From assembly GCA_963665325.3 (NCBI GenBank), contig CAXXWS020000003.1:512001-576000 (forward strand): a DNA stretch of 64,000 nucleotides, written 5' to 3'. Shown here one piece after another: positions 54,798 to 64,000 of this stretch (position 1 is its first letter; each line of letters opens with the position of its first letter). Position numbers and translations under genes: made by a program. The notes under the pieces were generated by a model. The model was not told the origin of the DNA. It did not search any database and saw only the letters and a list, made by a program, of their open reading frames with translations. This DNA comes from Alphaproteobacteria bacterium. GTDB lineage: Bacteria > Pseudomonadota > Alphaproteobacteria > Bin95.

Positions 54798-54841
54798 GCC
54801 GCGTTATCCTGCCGCCTGCACAACTGCCGGAGGGGAAAGCG

Positions 54842-55366
54842 ATGACCTACACGCTTGAGCAATTCGCCGCCGAATGCCGCGAGGCGCTGGCTGCCGACAG
54901 CGGCCGGGCCGGCAAGGAGGGTGTGCTCGCCTGCGTGAAGAAGGCGTTGGAGAGCCCGGAATTCCTCGAGACCCATCTGGGGCCGGACGCGACCGCCGAG
55001 CGCGAGATCATCTACGAGGATCCGGACTACGACTTCTGTATCTGCGCCCATGTCTATCAGGGCGCGCGGACCGGCGGTCCGCACGACCATGGGCCCACCT
55101 GGGCGATCTACGGCCAGGCGGTCGGCGAGACCGAGATGACCGACTGGCGCATCGTCGCGCCGCCCGCCGACGGCAAGCCGGGCAAGGTCGAGCTCTCCCG
55201 CGTCTACACGATGAAACCGGGCGACGCGCATCTCTACGATGTGGGCGACGTCCATGCGCCGCGCCGCATGTCGTCCACCCGGCTGATCCGCATCGAGGGC
55301 TGCGACACCATGAAGGTTCAGCGCACGCCGCTGATGGCGGTGGAAGACGCGGACGCCGCGCAATGA
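54842..55366 (+). CDS. cupin-fold (cysteine dioxygenase-like) protein
   Basis: PHDHGPTWAIYG...E, GDVH. Confidence 0.7.
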   Translation: MTYTLEQFAAECREALAADSGRAGKEGVLACVKKALESPEFLETHLGPDATAEREIIYEDPDYDFCICAHVYQGARTGGPHDHGPTWAIYGQAVGETEMTDWRIVAPPADGKPGKVELSRVYTMKPGDAHLYDVGDVHAPRRMSSTRLIRIEGCDTMKVQRTPLMAVEDADAAQ

Positions 55367-56250
55367 GCGTGAGCATCCGCCGGCTGACAGCCGGGTTTGC
55401 CGGCGAGGTCTCGGGCGTCGATACGACCCGGCCGCTGCCTCAGGGCATGGCGGAGGAACTCGATGCCGGCATGGCGGAACACGGCGTGCTGGTGTTTCCC
55501 GGCCAGGCGCTGACCGACGAGCAGCAGGCGGCGTTCAGCCAGAATTTCGGCCGGCTGGAAATGCCGTCCGCCGTGTCCAACATCACCAAGGAGCATGAGC
55601 GGCGCCTCGGCCCCGCCATGGCGGATGTGTCCAACCTGACGAAGGAGCACCGCCCCTTCGACCGCGAGGACCGGCGCCGCATGTTCAATCTGGGCAACCG
55701 CCTCTGGCACTCGGACTCGTCCTTCCGTGCCGTGCCGGCCAAATACTCGCTGCTCTCCGGGCGCATTTTGCCGTCGGGCGGCGGCAATACCGAGTTCGCC
55801 GATATGGCGGGGGCTTACGACGCGCTCGACGGGGCGATGAAGGCGCGGATCGAGGATTTGGTCTGCGAGCATTCGCTGCTCTATTCGCGCGGCCGGCTCG
55901 GCTTCGAGGACCTGACCGAGGACGAGAAAGCCAATTTCCGCCCCGTGCGCCAGGCGCTGGTGCGCGTCCACCCGGTGAGCGGGCGCAAGTCGCTCTACCT
56001 CTCCGCCCATGCCGGCAGGATCGTCGGCTGGCCGGGCCCCGAAGGCCGCCTGCTCCTCGAAGATCTTACCGAGCACGCGACGCAGAGGCAGTTCGTCTAT
56101 GCGCATGAATGGCGGGTCCACGATCTTGTGATCTGGGATAACCAGCGCACCATGCACCGTGCGCGGCCCTTCGACGATGTGAACGAGGTCCGCGACGTGC
56201 GCCGCACCACCGTCGCCGGCGAGGAAATGACAGCCGCCCAGGCGGCCTGA
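55363..56250 (+). CDS. TauD/TfdA family 2-oxoglutarate dioxygenase (TfdA-like)
   Basis: GNRLWHSDSSF, GGNTEFAD, HPVSGRKSLY, WDNQRTMHR. Confidence 0.92.
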   Translation: MSVSIRRLTAGFAGEVSGVDTTRPLPQGMAEELDAGMAEHGVLVFPGQALTDEQQAAFSQNFGRLEMPSAVSNITKEHERRLGPAMADVSNLTKEHRPFDREDRRRMFNLGNRLWHSDSSFRAVPAKYSLLSGRILPSGGGNTEFADMAGAYDALDGAMKARIEDLVCEHSLLYSRGRLGFEDLTEDEKANFRPVRQALVRVHPVSGRKSLYLSAHAGRIVGWPGPEGRLLLEDLTEHATQRQFVYAHEWRVHDLVIWDNQRTMHRARPFDDVNEVRDVRRTTVAGEEMTAAQAA

Positions 56251-56255
56251 GGGCA

Positions 56256-57692
56256 GTGCCCGACAGCGGGAGTCCAAGGCCCAACCCGGCAGAGCGGCTG
56301 GCGGAATTTGCGGCGGGGCTGCGCGCGGAGGATGTGCCTCACGCCGTGCGGGAGCGCGCCCGGCATTTGATTCTGGATGCGCTTGGGGTGGCGGCGGCGT
56401 CCAGCCGGCAGGAATTCGCGCGCGTCATGCTCGGCGGATTCCGTGCGGCCGGCGGCGAAGGCGGGTCCGGCGTGGTGGCGATGGGGACGCGGCTCTCCCT
56501 GCGCGACGCGGCGGCGCTCAATGCCGCGCTCATCCACGGCCTCGACTTCGACGACACCCATCCGGGCGCTGTGGTGCATTGCACGGCCGTGTCGCTGCCC
56601 GCGGCGCTGGCGCTCGGGGAAGAGCGCGATGCGCCCGGCGCGGAAATCCTCACGGCCTACATCGCGGCGATGGAATGCGCCGCGAGGATCGGCCTTGCCG
56701 CCGACTACGGTTTCCACCGGCGCGGCTTCCATGCCACCGGGATCGCCGGGCATTTTTCCTCCGCGCTCGCTGCCGGGCGGCTCATGGGCCTGGATGCGGC
56801 GGCGCTCGCTTCGGCGCAGGGCGTGTGCGTCTCGACGGCGGCGTCGAGCCGGGAGTTCTGGTCGGACGGCGCCTGGAACAAGCGCCTCCATCCCGGCTGG
56901 GCGGCCGAGGCCGGCATCACCGCGGCCGGCCTTGCCGGCGCCGGTTTCAAGGGCTGCGAGCGGCCCTATGACGGGCGCTTCGGCCTCTTCCGGATGCTGA
57001 TGGGCGACGAGGCCGACACCGTCGATTTTTCATTGCTGACGGCGGGCCTAGACGAGCGCTGGGAGTTGCTCGAATCGGCCGTCAAACCCTTCCCCACCTG
57101 CCACTACACCCACGCGATTATCGACAGCGCGATTGCGCTCCGCCGGAACCATGGGCTCAAGCCCGATGACATCGCCCGCATTACGGTGCTGGTGCATGAG
57201 GACCTGATCGCGGCGCTCATGGAGCCTGAGGCGCTGAAACGAAGCCCGCCGGAAGACTATGCCGCGCGCTTCAGCGCCCCTTGGGCGGCGGCCTGCGGGC
57301 TGGCGCTCGGAAGGCTCGGCCTTGCCGAACTGGAGCCTGAAGCGCTCGGCGACCCGCACGTGCTGGCGCTGGCCGCCCGCGTCGAATGCCGTCCCGACCC
57401 GGATTCGCTGTTCCCGCGTTATTTCTCCGCCGGCGTCGAGGTCGAGACCCGGTCGGGCGAACGCCACAGGCATCACGAACCGGTCAATCGCGGCGCGGGA
57501 GACCGGGCGCTCACCAATGCCGAAATCGTGGAGAAATTCCACGCCAACGCCGCCCCGGCGCTGGGCGAGGCCCGGGCCGAAGCCATGGCCGCCCACGTGC
57601 TGGACATGGAGCGCCTCCCGGGAAGGGAGCTGATGCGGGGACTGATACCGGCGGCGTCGGGTTGCGACCCATTAGGGATACCACCCTGGTGA
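56256..57692 (+). CDS. MmgE/PrpD family protein
   Basis: HGLDFDDTH, KRLHPG, KPFPTCHYTH. Confidence 0.9.
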   Translation: MPDSGSPRPNPAERLAEFAAGLRAEDVPHAVRERARHLILDALGVAAASSRQEFARVMLGGFRAAGGEGGSGVVAMGTRLSLRDAAALNAALIHGLDFDDTHPGAVVHCTAVSLPAALALGEERDAPGAEILTAYIAAMECAARIGLAADYGFHRRGFHATGIAGHFSSALAAGRLMGLDAAALASAQGVCVSTAASSREFWSDGAWNKRLHPGWAAEAGITAAGLAGAGFKGCERPYDGRFGLFRMLMGDEADTVDFSLLTAGLDERWELLESAVKPFPTCHYTHAIIDSAIALRRNHGLKPDDIARITVLVHEDLIAALMEPEALKRSPPEDYAARFSAPWAAACGLALGRLGLAELEPEALGDPHVLALAARVECRPDPDSLFPRYFSAGVEVETRSGERHRHHEPVNRGAGDRALTNAEIVEKFHANAAPALGEARAEAMAAHVLDMERLPGRELMRGLIPAASGCDPLGIPPW

Positions 57693-57900
57693 CGCACCGT
57701 CCGGGACTGTTCAACAACAGGACCCTAGCCAATGCGGTTCCGCCATGTTTCAATCCTGTAATGCGAAGCCGCAACCCAACCCGCAAAAGGAGTTGGCGCC
57801 GCCAAACCGGAAGCCGCGCATGTACCGCTGGCGATCGCTGCCACATAGCCTGCAACCCCTTGAACAGACAAGCAACAGGCGACCAGGGAGGAACTACGCC

Positions 57901-59088
57901 ATGACGCTTTCTCGACGCGATTTTCTGCGCATTTCTGCAGACTACGGGACCAAGGCGGCCGTCTTTGCCGCCGTTGCCGGAACGACGTCCGCCACGCTCA
58001 TCAGCCAGTTCGCGGCCAAGGACGCGCAGGCTGCCAAGAAGGCCAAATACACGATCCGCCACGGTGTCAGCGTGGTAAATCCTAAAAACGAAGAATTCCT
58101 GCAGACTCGCGTCTATGACCTCGCCAAATGGATCGAAGAAGGATCGGACGGCGAAATCGCCGTGCAGATCCTCGACAGCGGGCAGGCCTGCGCGGAAAAC
58201 CAGTGCGTCGAGCGGGTCGGGGCCGGTGTGCTCGATATGGGCAACTCCTCAGCGCAGAATGCCGCCGCCGTCATCTATCACGCGCAGGCGCTCGACTGGC
58301 CGTTCCTGTGGCGGGATCCGCAATCGCTTCTCAACCTGTTACACGATCCCGCCATGAACCCGGTTTACCGCGATGTCTGGCGGAACAAGTACGGCGTCGA
58401 GTTCCTCTATTGCACCAACGAGTTGCGCGACATCTTCATGGGGTTGAAATACAGCGACCTGCCGGAGGTCCGTCATCCGGACGGCTTGAAGGGCCGCAAG
58501 CTCCGGATCACCAACTCCACCATGATCCAGAATTTCGCCGATTCGCTCGGTATGAACCCGGTGCCGCTCGCCTGGACCGAGACGCTGGAAGGCATGAAGT
58601 CCGGCGTCGTCGATGGCATGGAGACCTGGGGCGGCGCGGCCGCGAGCTTCGGCATGACCAAGGTCACGGCTCAGGTACTCGAGCTGGACTTCTGCCCCGG
58701 AACGGGCTCGGTTTTCATGAATTCGCGGTCGATGGAGCGCATGCCCGAGCGCCTGCAGGACGTGGTTCGCGAAGCCAGCCGCAGGGCGAGCGAAGAGTCG
58801 TATCACAACCTGCAAGTCGCCCTGAACACCGTCACCGGCGCCGGGCCGAACCCGACGCCGGAGAGCAACTATGTGCAGCTGAAGGACACGATGCGCCATG
58901 TCCGCCTGACCGAGGACGAGATGGACGTGTTCCGCGAGCGCGGCTCGGTCGAGCACAACGGGCAGATCTACAGTGAAATCCGCAAGGAACTGGACGCCCT
59001 GGCGGGCCTTGACGTCTTCGGCGCCATTGCCGAATACGAAAGTAAGGTCCGCGGCAAACCGCTGAATCCCCAGAAGTGGTGGGCGTAG
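57901..59088 (+). CDS. dctP: TRAP transporter substrate-binding protein DctP (Tat signal)
   Basis: MTLSRRDFL, LKGRKLRI, PVPLAWTE...GVVDG.E. Confidence 0.88.
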   Translation: MTLSRRDFLRISADYGTKAAVFAAVAGTTSATLISQFAAKDAQAAKKAKYTIRHGVSVVNPKNEEFLQTRVYDLAKWIEEGSDGEIAVQILDSGQACAENQCVERVGAGVLDMGNSSAQNAAAVIYHAQALDWPFLWRDPQSLLNLLHDPAMNPVYRDVWRNKYGVEFLYCTNELRDIFMGLKYSDLPEVRHPDGLKGRKLRITNSTMIQNFADSLGMNPVPLAWTETLEGMKSGVVDGMETWGGAAASFGMTKVTAQVLELDFCPGTGSVFMNSRSMERMPERLQDVVREASRRASEESYHNLQVALNTVTGAGPNPTPESNYVQLKDTMRHVRLTEDEMDVFRERGSVEHNGQIYSEIRKELDALAGLDVFGAIAEYESKVRGKPLNPQKWWA

Positions 59089-59196
59089 TCGAGTGACCGG
59101 ACCCCGGACGCCGTCAGGGTGTCCGGGGCTTCTTCATTCCTTTCCGGACGGTAATCCCGGATCGCCTGACGGCGTCCGGGAAACCGAGTGTGTCTG

Positions 59197-59703
59197 ATGG
59201 GACAGCGGTTCGACGACCTGATTACATGGATCGAAAAGGCGGTGATGCTGCTCGCCTATGTGACGATCATCCTGGTGGTCGGGCTGGAGACGATCCGGCG
59301 GATGATCACGGGCGAGCAGGAAGCCTGGGGGCCGGAGATCGCCATGGGCGCGTTCGTCTGGCTCTCGTGGTTCGCCATGTCCAGCGGCGTGCGCACCGGC
59401 GCGCATCTCTCTTTCACCACTGCGCGGGACCGCATGCCCGACGGGATTCGCCGGAGTATGGAGGTATTCGACTGCCTGCTCTGGTTCGTGTTGGGCGCTG
59501 TTGTCATCGTCGCGTCGTGGGATGTCGTGATGCTGAATGAGCGCTTCAACATCAAGATCTTCGGGACCGACATCCCGATCGCCGCGATCTCCATCGCCGT
59601 GCCGCTCGGCTGGGGCTTCACCATGGTGCGGGTGCTGCAGCAACTGGTCCGGGTGTTGCAGGGCAAGACCGGCCCGCATATCTCGGCGGAGGAAATCCGA
59701 TGA
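59197..59703 (+). CDS. dctQ: TRAP small permease DctQ
   Basis: W..E....FVWL, H motif, four TM helices. Confidence 0.85.
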   Translation: MGQRFDDLITWIEKAVMLLAYVTIILVVGLETIRRMITGEQEAWGPEIAMGAFVWLSWFAMSSGVRTGAHLSFTTARDRMPDGIRRSMEVFDCLLWFVLGAVVIVASWDVVMLNERFNIKIFGTDIPIAAISIAVPLGWGFTMVRVLQQLVRVLQGKTGPHISAEEIR

Positions 59704-61043
59704 GCGAAGGCGACCTCCCGACCCTGGCGCTCCTCGTGGATTGGCTGCGCGAGGTGCTGAACGTCTGGAACATCACTGCCATCGCCGTCCTGCTGTTCTT
59801 TCTCGGAACCCCCGTCCTGCTGGTACTTGCCGCTTGGGTGGTGGCGTCCTCCTATTTCGTCGTGGAATTCCCGCTGACCAATGTCGGCATTGCGGCGAAC
59901 GACTCGATCAAGAACTTCATCTTCCTGGCCGTGCCGCTGTTCGTCATCACCGGTGACTTCCTGACGGAGGGCGGCATCAGCCGGAAGCTGATCGCGTTCT
60001 CGCGCTCCTGCGTCGGCTTCATGCACGGCGCCACGGCGGCGACGGCGATGTTCTCCTGCGGCCTGTTTGCGGCGATTTCCGGGTCCAACGCAGCGACGGC
60101 GGCGACCATGGGGCGGCTGCTCGGCCCGGAAATGGTCGAACGCGGCGTCAGTCCGGGCCTGTCGGGCGCTATCATTGCAGCGGGCGGCACCGTCGGCGTC
60201 ATCATCCCGCCGAGCGTGATCTTCCTCATCTACGGCGTCACGATGGAGGTGCCCAGCGTCGATCTGTTTATCGGCGGCATGATTCCGGGCCTGCTGATGG
60301 TCATAGCGCTGCTCGGCAGTGCGGTCGTACTGACCGGGAAGGTGGAGCGCGGGGTCGGCCTGCGTAATCTGAGCGCCCGCAAAATTGCCGGATCGGCGTT
60401 GACGGCCTGGGCGGGATTCGTCGCCATAGGGGTGATTTTCTTCGGTATTTACTGGGGCTATTTCAGCCCGACGGAGGCGGCCGGGGTCGTCGCCATCTAC
60501 TGCTTCATCGTCGGCTCCGTGCCGATCCTCGGCGGCCGGCTCCGCTTGCGCCAGATACCGGGCATCATGCTGAACAGCGCGCGGCTGGCCGGCCTTCTGG
60601 TGCCGCTGGTGGTGTTTTCCATCCAGTTTCAACAGGTCTCCAGCGTTATGGGCCTGCCGGTGGCGATTCAGGACTTTCTGGGCGACCTCGGCCAGAACTA
60701 CGGCACGACCGTGCTGATCGCTGTCATGATGCTGCTGATCCTGGCGGTGGGCGCGATCACGGAATCTGTTGCCGTGGTCCTCATTCTCGGCCCCATCCTG
60801 GCGCCGGTGGCGGAAAGTATCGGCATCGACCCGATCCATTGGGGCGTGGTTTTCGTCGTCGGCACCACGATCGGGTTCATCACGCCACCCTACGGCTTGA
60901 ACCTGTTTGTGGTCTCGGGCGTCCTGAGAATCAACTATGACCTGATCATCCGGCAGATCTTCAAATTGCTGATTCCGTTGATGATCGTGTGGATCATCGT
61001 GACGGCGACGCCCTGGTTGTCTCTGGCGCTGCTCGGCGGCTAG
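59700..61043 (+). CDS. dctM: TRAP large permease DctM
   Basis: LAVPLF, AISGS, IIPPS, SPTEA, ITPPYGLNLF. Confidence 0.92.
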   Translation: MSEGDLPTLALLVDWLREVLNVWNITAIAVLLFFLGTPVLLVLAAWVVASSYFVVEFPLTNVGIAANDSIKNFIFLAVPLFVITGDFLTEGGISRKLIAFSRSCVGFMHGATAATAMFSCGLFAAISGSNAATAATMGRLLGPEMVERGVSPGLSGAIIAAGGTVGVIIPPSVIFLIYGVTMEVPSVDLFIGGMIPGLLMVIALLGSAVVLTGKVERGVGLRNLSARKIAGSALTAWAGFVAIGVIFFGIYWGYFSPTEAAGVVAIYCFIVGSVPILGGRLRLRQIPGIMLNSARLAGLLVPLVVFSIQFQQVSSVMGLPVAIQDFLGDLGQNYGTTVLIAVMMLLILAVGAITESVAVVLILGPILAPVAESIGIDPIHWGVVFVVGTTIGFITPPYGLNLFVVSGVLRINYDLIIRQIFKLLIPLMIVWIIVTATPWLSLALLGG

Positions 61044-61052
61044 GAGGAACGA

Positions 61053-61421
61053 ATGAGCGAGCGCAATGAAGCGACCGAAAAGCTGTTCAAGGCCTTCATG
61101 AAAGGCTTCGCGAAGCACGACACCGCACTGGTTGCGCCGACGCTGGCCGATGATTTTGTCTGGAGCCAGCCGACAGGCGAGACCTTTGTCGGCAAGGAAG
61201 CCGCCTTGCAGGCCATGGCCGACCGTTGGTCCGCGCCCGGCGGCGGCCCGGTGTTCGGCAATAGCGGTTTCGAGGTGGTCGACGACACCGTCATCCAGAC
61301 CTACGAGGTGACGGCCGACGCACCGGACGGCGGTAAAAGGACCCTGCGCGGCATGGACATCTACAAGGTCCGCGGCGGTCTGCTGACACGAAAGGACGCC
61401 TTCTGGAAGCAGTTGGGGTAG
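61053..61421 (+). CDS. NTF2/SnoaL-like protein
   Basis: F..HD......LADD..W, G.D.Y.VRGG.L..KD.FWK. Confidence 0.8.
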   Translation: MSERNEATEKLFKAFMKGFAKHDTALVAPTLADDFVWSQPTGETFVGKEAALQAMADRWSAPGGGPVFGNSGFEVVDDTVIQTYEVTADAPDGGKRTLRGMDIYKVRGGLLTRKDAFWKQLG

Positions 61422-61553
61422 CGTTGCCGGCTGGATGAACCCGTCCAACTCGCCGGCTCCCCGGAGCGAGCCGCACGCGAGGGTACCCATGTGCTAGACA
61501 TGGAGAGGCTGGCGGGAAAGGGGCTGATGCAAGGGCTGGCTTAGGTAGAAGGA

Positions 61554-61898
61554 ATGATTGAAATGTCGGTTAGGTGGAACTACTGGACAGGGCACATCAG
61601 TCAAGTTGACGAGACTTTGCGCCGAGCACTGGGCGCATATGCACGACATAGTTCAGAGTTCAAAATCGGTCTCACGAGCGACCCCGAAGCAAGATGGAGG
61701 GCATACCGGGCGCAGGGTTGGCGCGAAATGATAGTTATCTACCAAACAACATCTGCAACCTATGTTGGCCGAGTAGAGGATCACCTGATTCAGCATGGAC
61801 AGAGAAGGCACATGGATAAATCATGGAACCAAAACAGAGGAGGGGGCGGCCTGCGACAGGGGTATCTAAACTACTATGTTTATGTGGTCTTATATTGA
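61554..61898 (+). CDS. hypothetical protein, GIY-YIG-like nuclease motif
   Basis: FKIGLTSDPEAR, VEDHLI, WNQNRGGG; lower GC than the flanks. Confidence 0.55.
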   Translation: MIEMSVRWNYWTGHISQVDETLRRALGAYARHSSEFKIGLTSDPEARWRAYRAQGWREMIVIYQTTSATYVGRVEDHLIQHGQRRHMDKSWNQNRGGGGLRQGYLNYYVYVVLY

Positions 61899-61919
61899 AA
61901 CCCCCACAAGGCGGACCCC

Positions 61920-62708
61920 ATGACCGGCGAGACGGCCCTTTACGAACGCGACGGTGCGATCGTCACAATCACGCTGAATCGGCCCGAGAAGCTCAATGCC
62001 TTCGACGATGCTGCGGTGGAAGCGCTGTCGGAGGCGCTGGCCCGTTTTGACACCGACCCCGACGCCAATGTGGCGGTCCTGCACGGGGCAGGGCGCGCCT
62101 TTTCCACCGGGGCGGACGTGCTGCGCCGGCAGCTGCGGCCGCGCGAGGAGCTGGAACGGTTCGGCGGCCCCCAGGGCCGCGGGGCTGATTCCGGGCGGCT
62201 GTTCGTCCATGCCGTCAACTGGAAGCCGGTGGTCGCCGCTGTGCATGGCTACGTCATGGGGCTCGCGGTCGGCATTGCGCTCGACTGCGACCTGCTGGTG
62301 GCCGAGGCGGGCACCCGCTTCCAGATCACCGAGACCTCGCGCGGGCTCGGCGGCTCGGTCTATTGGGGGCTGATGCGGCTGCGGGGCGCGGGCGCCTTCG
62401 GCGACGAGGTGGCGCTGACCGGCCGTTGGTTCACGGCAGAGGAGGCCGCGGCAGCCGGCGCCATCAACCGGCTGGCGCCTGCCGGGGGCCATCTCGAAGC
62501 CGCCCGCGAGCTTGCGGAGATGCTGAACGCCAACCCTCCCTTGAGCGTGCGTTCCACCGTGCGGGCGCGCCGGCGGGAGATTGCGCGGGTGCGCTCCGAA
62601 CTCTTCGCCGCGGCGCAGCCGGAACGGCTCTATCTCACCGAGGACTTCCACGAGGCGGCGCTCGCCTTCAAGGAAAAGCGCGCGCCCGGACCGTTCAGGG
62701 GCCGGTAG
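61920..62708 (+). CDS. enoyl-CoA hydratase/isomerase family protein
   Basis: TLNRPEKLNAF, FSTGAD, KPVVAAVHG, AFKEKR.P. Confidence 0.9.
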   Translation: MTGETALYERDGAIVTITLNRPEKLNAFDDAAVEALSEALARFDTDPDANVAVLHGAGRAFSTGADVLRRQLRPREELERFGGPQGRGADSGRLFVHAVNWKPVVAAVHGYVMGLAVGIALDCDLLVAEAGTRFQITETSRGLGGSVYWGLMRLRGAGAFGDEVALTGRWFTAEEAAAAGAINRLAPAGGHLEAARELAEMLNANPPLSVRSTVRARRREIARVRSELFAAAQPERLYLTEDFHEAALAFKEKRAPGPFRGR

Positions 62709-63555
62709 GCGGGGGTTCCAGACCCTCCAGGACCGGGCGGAAGCCGATCAGGATGTGCTTGAGCGCGGCCGGGCGGCTGTGGCGGGCAGCCGGGCGGCAG
62801 ACGCCGCAGCCGCTGTCGTCCCAGGAGCCGCCCTTGACCAGGAAACGCCCGGACCGGGCCTCGGTCGCGGTCCACTCGAAGACCTGGCCGGCGGCGTCCA
62901 GCAGGCCGAAATGCGAGGCGCTTTCGGGGAACTGCCCGACCGGCAGCGTGTCGAACGGCCCGCCGTCATGGCTGTTGAGGCGCTCGGACGCGAATTCGTC
63001 GCCCCAGGGGAAATGGCGGCCATCCGCGCCGCGCGCGGCCTTCTCCCATTCGAGCTCGGTCGGCAGCCGCCAGATCCGCCCGGTGCGCTCCGAGAGCCAT
63101 TCCGTGTAGGCCCGCGCATCTTCGTGCGTGACCAGCACGACGGGGTGCGCCTCCCGGCCCTCGGGCGGGCGGCCGCCGATCCAGGCGTGGCGGCGGGTGC
63201 GGGGATATGGGTGGATCAGGCCGTAGCCCTTCCAGGTTTCGGCATCGACATCGGGCGCCTTGTGCCCTGTCTCGGCGACGAAGGCCGTATATTGCGCATT
63301 GGTGACGGGCGTGCGGGCGATCCGGAAGCCCGGCAGGCTCAGCGTCCGGCGCTCGCGCTCGCCGTCATACCAGCCCTGCTTGCGGGTGACCGAATGGCCG
63401 TAAGCGGCTTCGTCCAGCCGGTAAGCGGCCTCGCGCTCTGCTGCACCCGAGCCGGCGATGAACGCCCCTGCCGGTACCGGGACCGTTTCCGGCAGGTCCG
63501 CGGCTGCCGTTCCGCAGGCCGCCAGAACCAGTGCTCCCGCTAGCGCAACTCGCAT
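62695..63555 (-). CDS. FGE-sulfatase (SUMF1/EgtB/PvdO) domain protein
   Basis: PVTNAQY, HPVVLV, RLPTELEWEKAARG, FPWG, GQVFEW, KGGSW, GFR. Confidence 0.9.
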   Translation of the reverse strand: MRVALAGALVLAACGTAAADLPETVPVPAGAFIAGSGAAEREAAYRLDEAAYGHSVTRKQGWYDGERERRTLSLPGFRIARTPVTNAQYTAFVAETGHKAPDVDAETWKGYGLIHPYPRTRRHAWIGGRPPEGREAHPVVLVTHEDARAYTEWLSERTGRIWRLPTELEWEKAARGADGRHFPWGDEFASERLNSHDGGPFDTLPVGQFPESASHFGLLDAAGQVFEWTATEARSGRFLVKGGSWDDSGCGVCRPAARHSRPAALKHILIGFRPVLEGLEPPPTGP

Positions 63556-63732
63556 CTCTTCGCCCCTTCGATGGACAGGCGAGCCTTCTTGAGCGCCGCG
63601 CGCAAGGCCCGCTCACGCAGTTGTGACCGGGACCGTCCATTCTTCCGGGCCGCCATATCGGTTAGCATCGAAGCAGGCGATTTCCGGATCGTCCTGAGCA
63701 TTATCGGGAAAACCAAAATCGGGAGAACTGCC

Positions 63733-64000
63733 ATGAAATCCTATAGGGCCCGCCTGCTTTCCACGGCGGTCATCGGTGTTGGCATGGCTGTCGGCGCCGT
63801 CGGCGCGGCAAGCCTCGCCGGCACGGCCTACGCCGCCTGCAAGCCCGCCGCTTGCGCGTGCAACCCCTGCAAGCCGGAATGTGTGTGCAACCCCTGCAAG
63901 CCCGCCTGCGGCGCATGCAATCCCTGCAAGCCCGCCTGCGGCGCGTGCAACCCGTGCAAGCCCGCTTGCGGCGCGTGCAATCCGTGCAAGCCCAAGAAGG
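63733..64000 (+). CDS. secreted cysteine-rich CNPC-repeat protein (partial, runs off the window)
   Basis: RBS GGGAGA; signal peptide ending ...AYA, then CKPAACACNPCKPECVCNPCKP(ACGACNPCKP)x3 KK. Confidence 0.8.
   Translation, partial: MKSYRARLLSTAVIGVGMAVGAVGAASLAGTAYAACKPAACACNPCKPECVCNPCKPACGACNPCKPACGACNPCKPACGACNPCKPKK

Noticed and set aside
59102-59181. Hairpins between the second dctP and dctQ as a novel ncRNA
   Set aside because: Adequately explained as an intercistronic stem-loop for differential mRNA stability, like the one at 32070-32122.

Overview
GC-rich chromosomal window from an alphaproteobacterium. A Rhodospirillales-like, possibly sponge-associated host is inferred from the gene families and was not tested. 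(1) 586-13672 is a compact T7/podovirus-type virion-assembly cluster: portal, scaffold, major capsid, decoration/head-fibre protein, tail tubular A and B, an internal-virion-like protein, large terminase and a 3-TM holin. It has no integrase, replication or polymerase genes and sits between ordinary metabolic genes. It is headed by a divergent HTH-S24 repressor and carries two exact alphaproteobacterial LexA boxes (GAAC-N7-GAAC). This is the best candidate for a little-described system: an SOS-controlled, podovirus-derived gene transfer agent or domesticated prophage. Its terminase gene is split by an IS1634 element, and removing the IS restores the reading frame exactly. A family of ~45-bp double-hairpin repeats has invaded the cluster, including 4 in-frame copies inside the portal gene, and recurs at 15.7 and 49.5 kb. 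(2) 13.9-30.3 kb holds catabolic genes (aldolase, 2-hydroxyacid dehydrogenase, two luciferase-like monooxygenases, TPP enzyme, sulfatase, CoA transferase, crotonase, DehI-like protein, aminotransferase), plus an HTH/T5orf172 nuclease and an orphan DarG-like gene. (3) tRNA-Ser(GGA) at 30370-30460 is followed by an island-like mosaic reaching ~54 kb: a TRAP transporter, a large autotransporter-like adhesin, a molybdoenzyme, a multicopper oxidase, toxin-antitoxin genes, an IS1595 with passenger genes, IS remnants and three pairs of long direct repeats. (4) 54.2-64 kb holds folE, TauD/TfdA, MmgE/PrpD, a second TRAP system, a crotonase, an FGE-like protein and the start of a secreted CNPC-repeat protein. 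All functional calls come from motif recognition by eye; no database searches were run.
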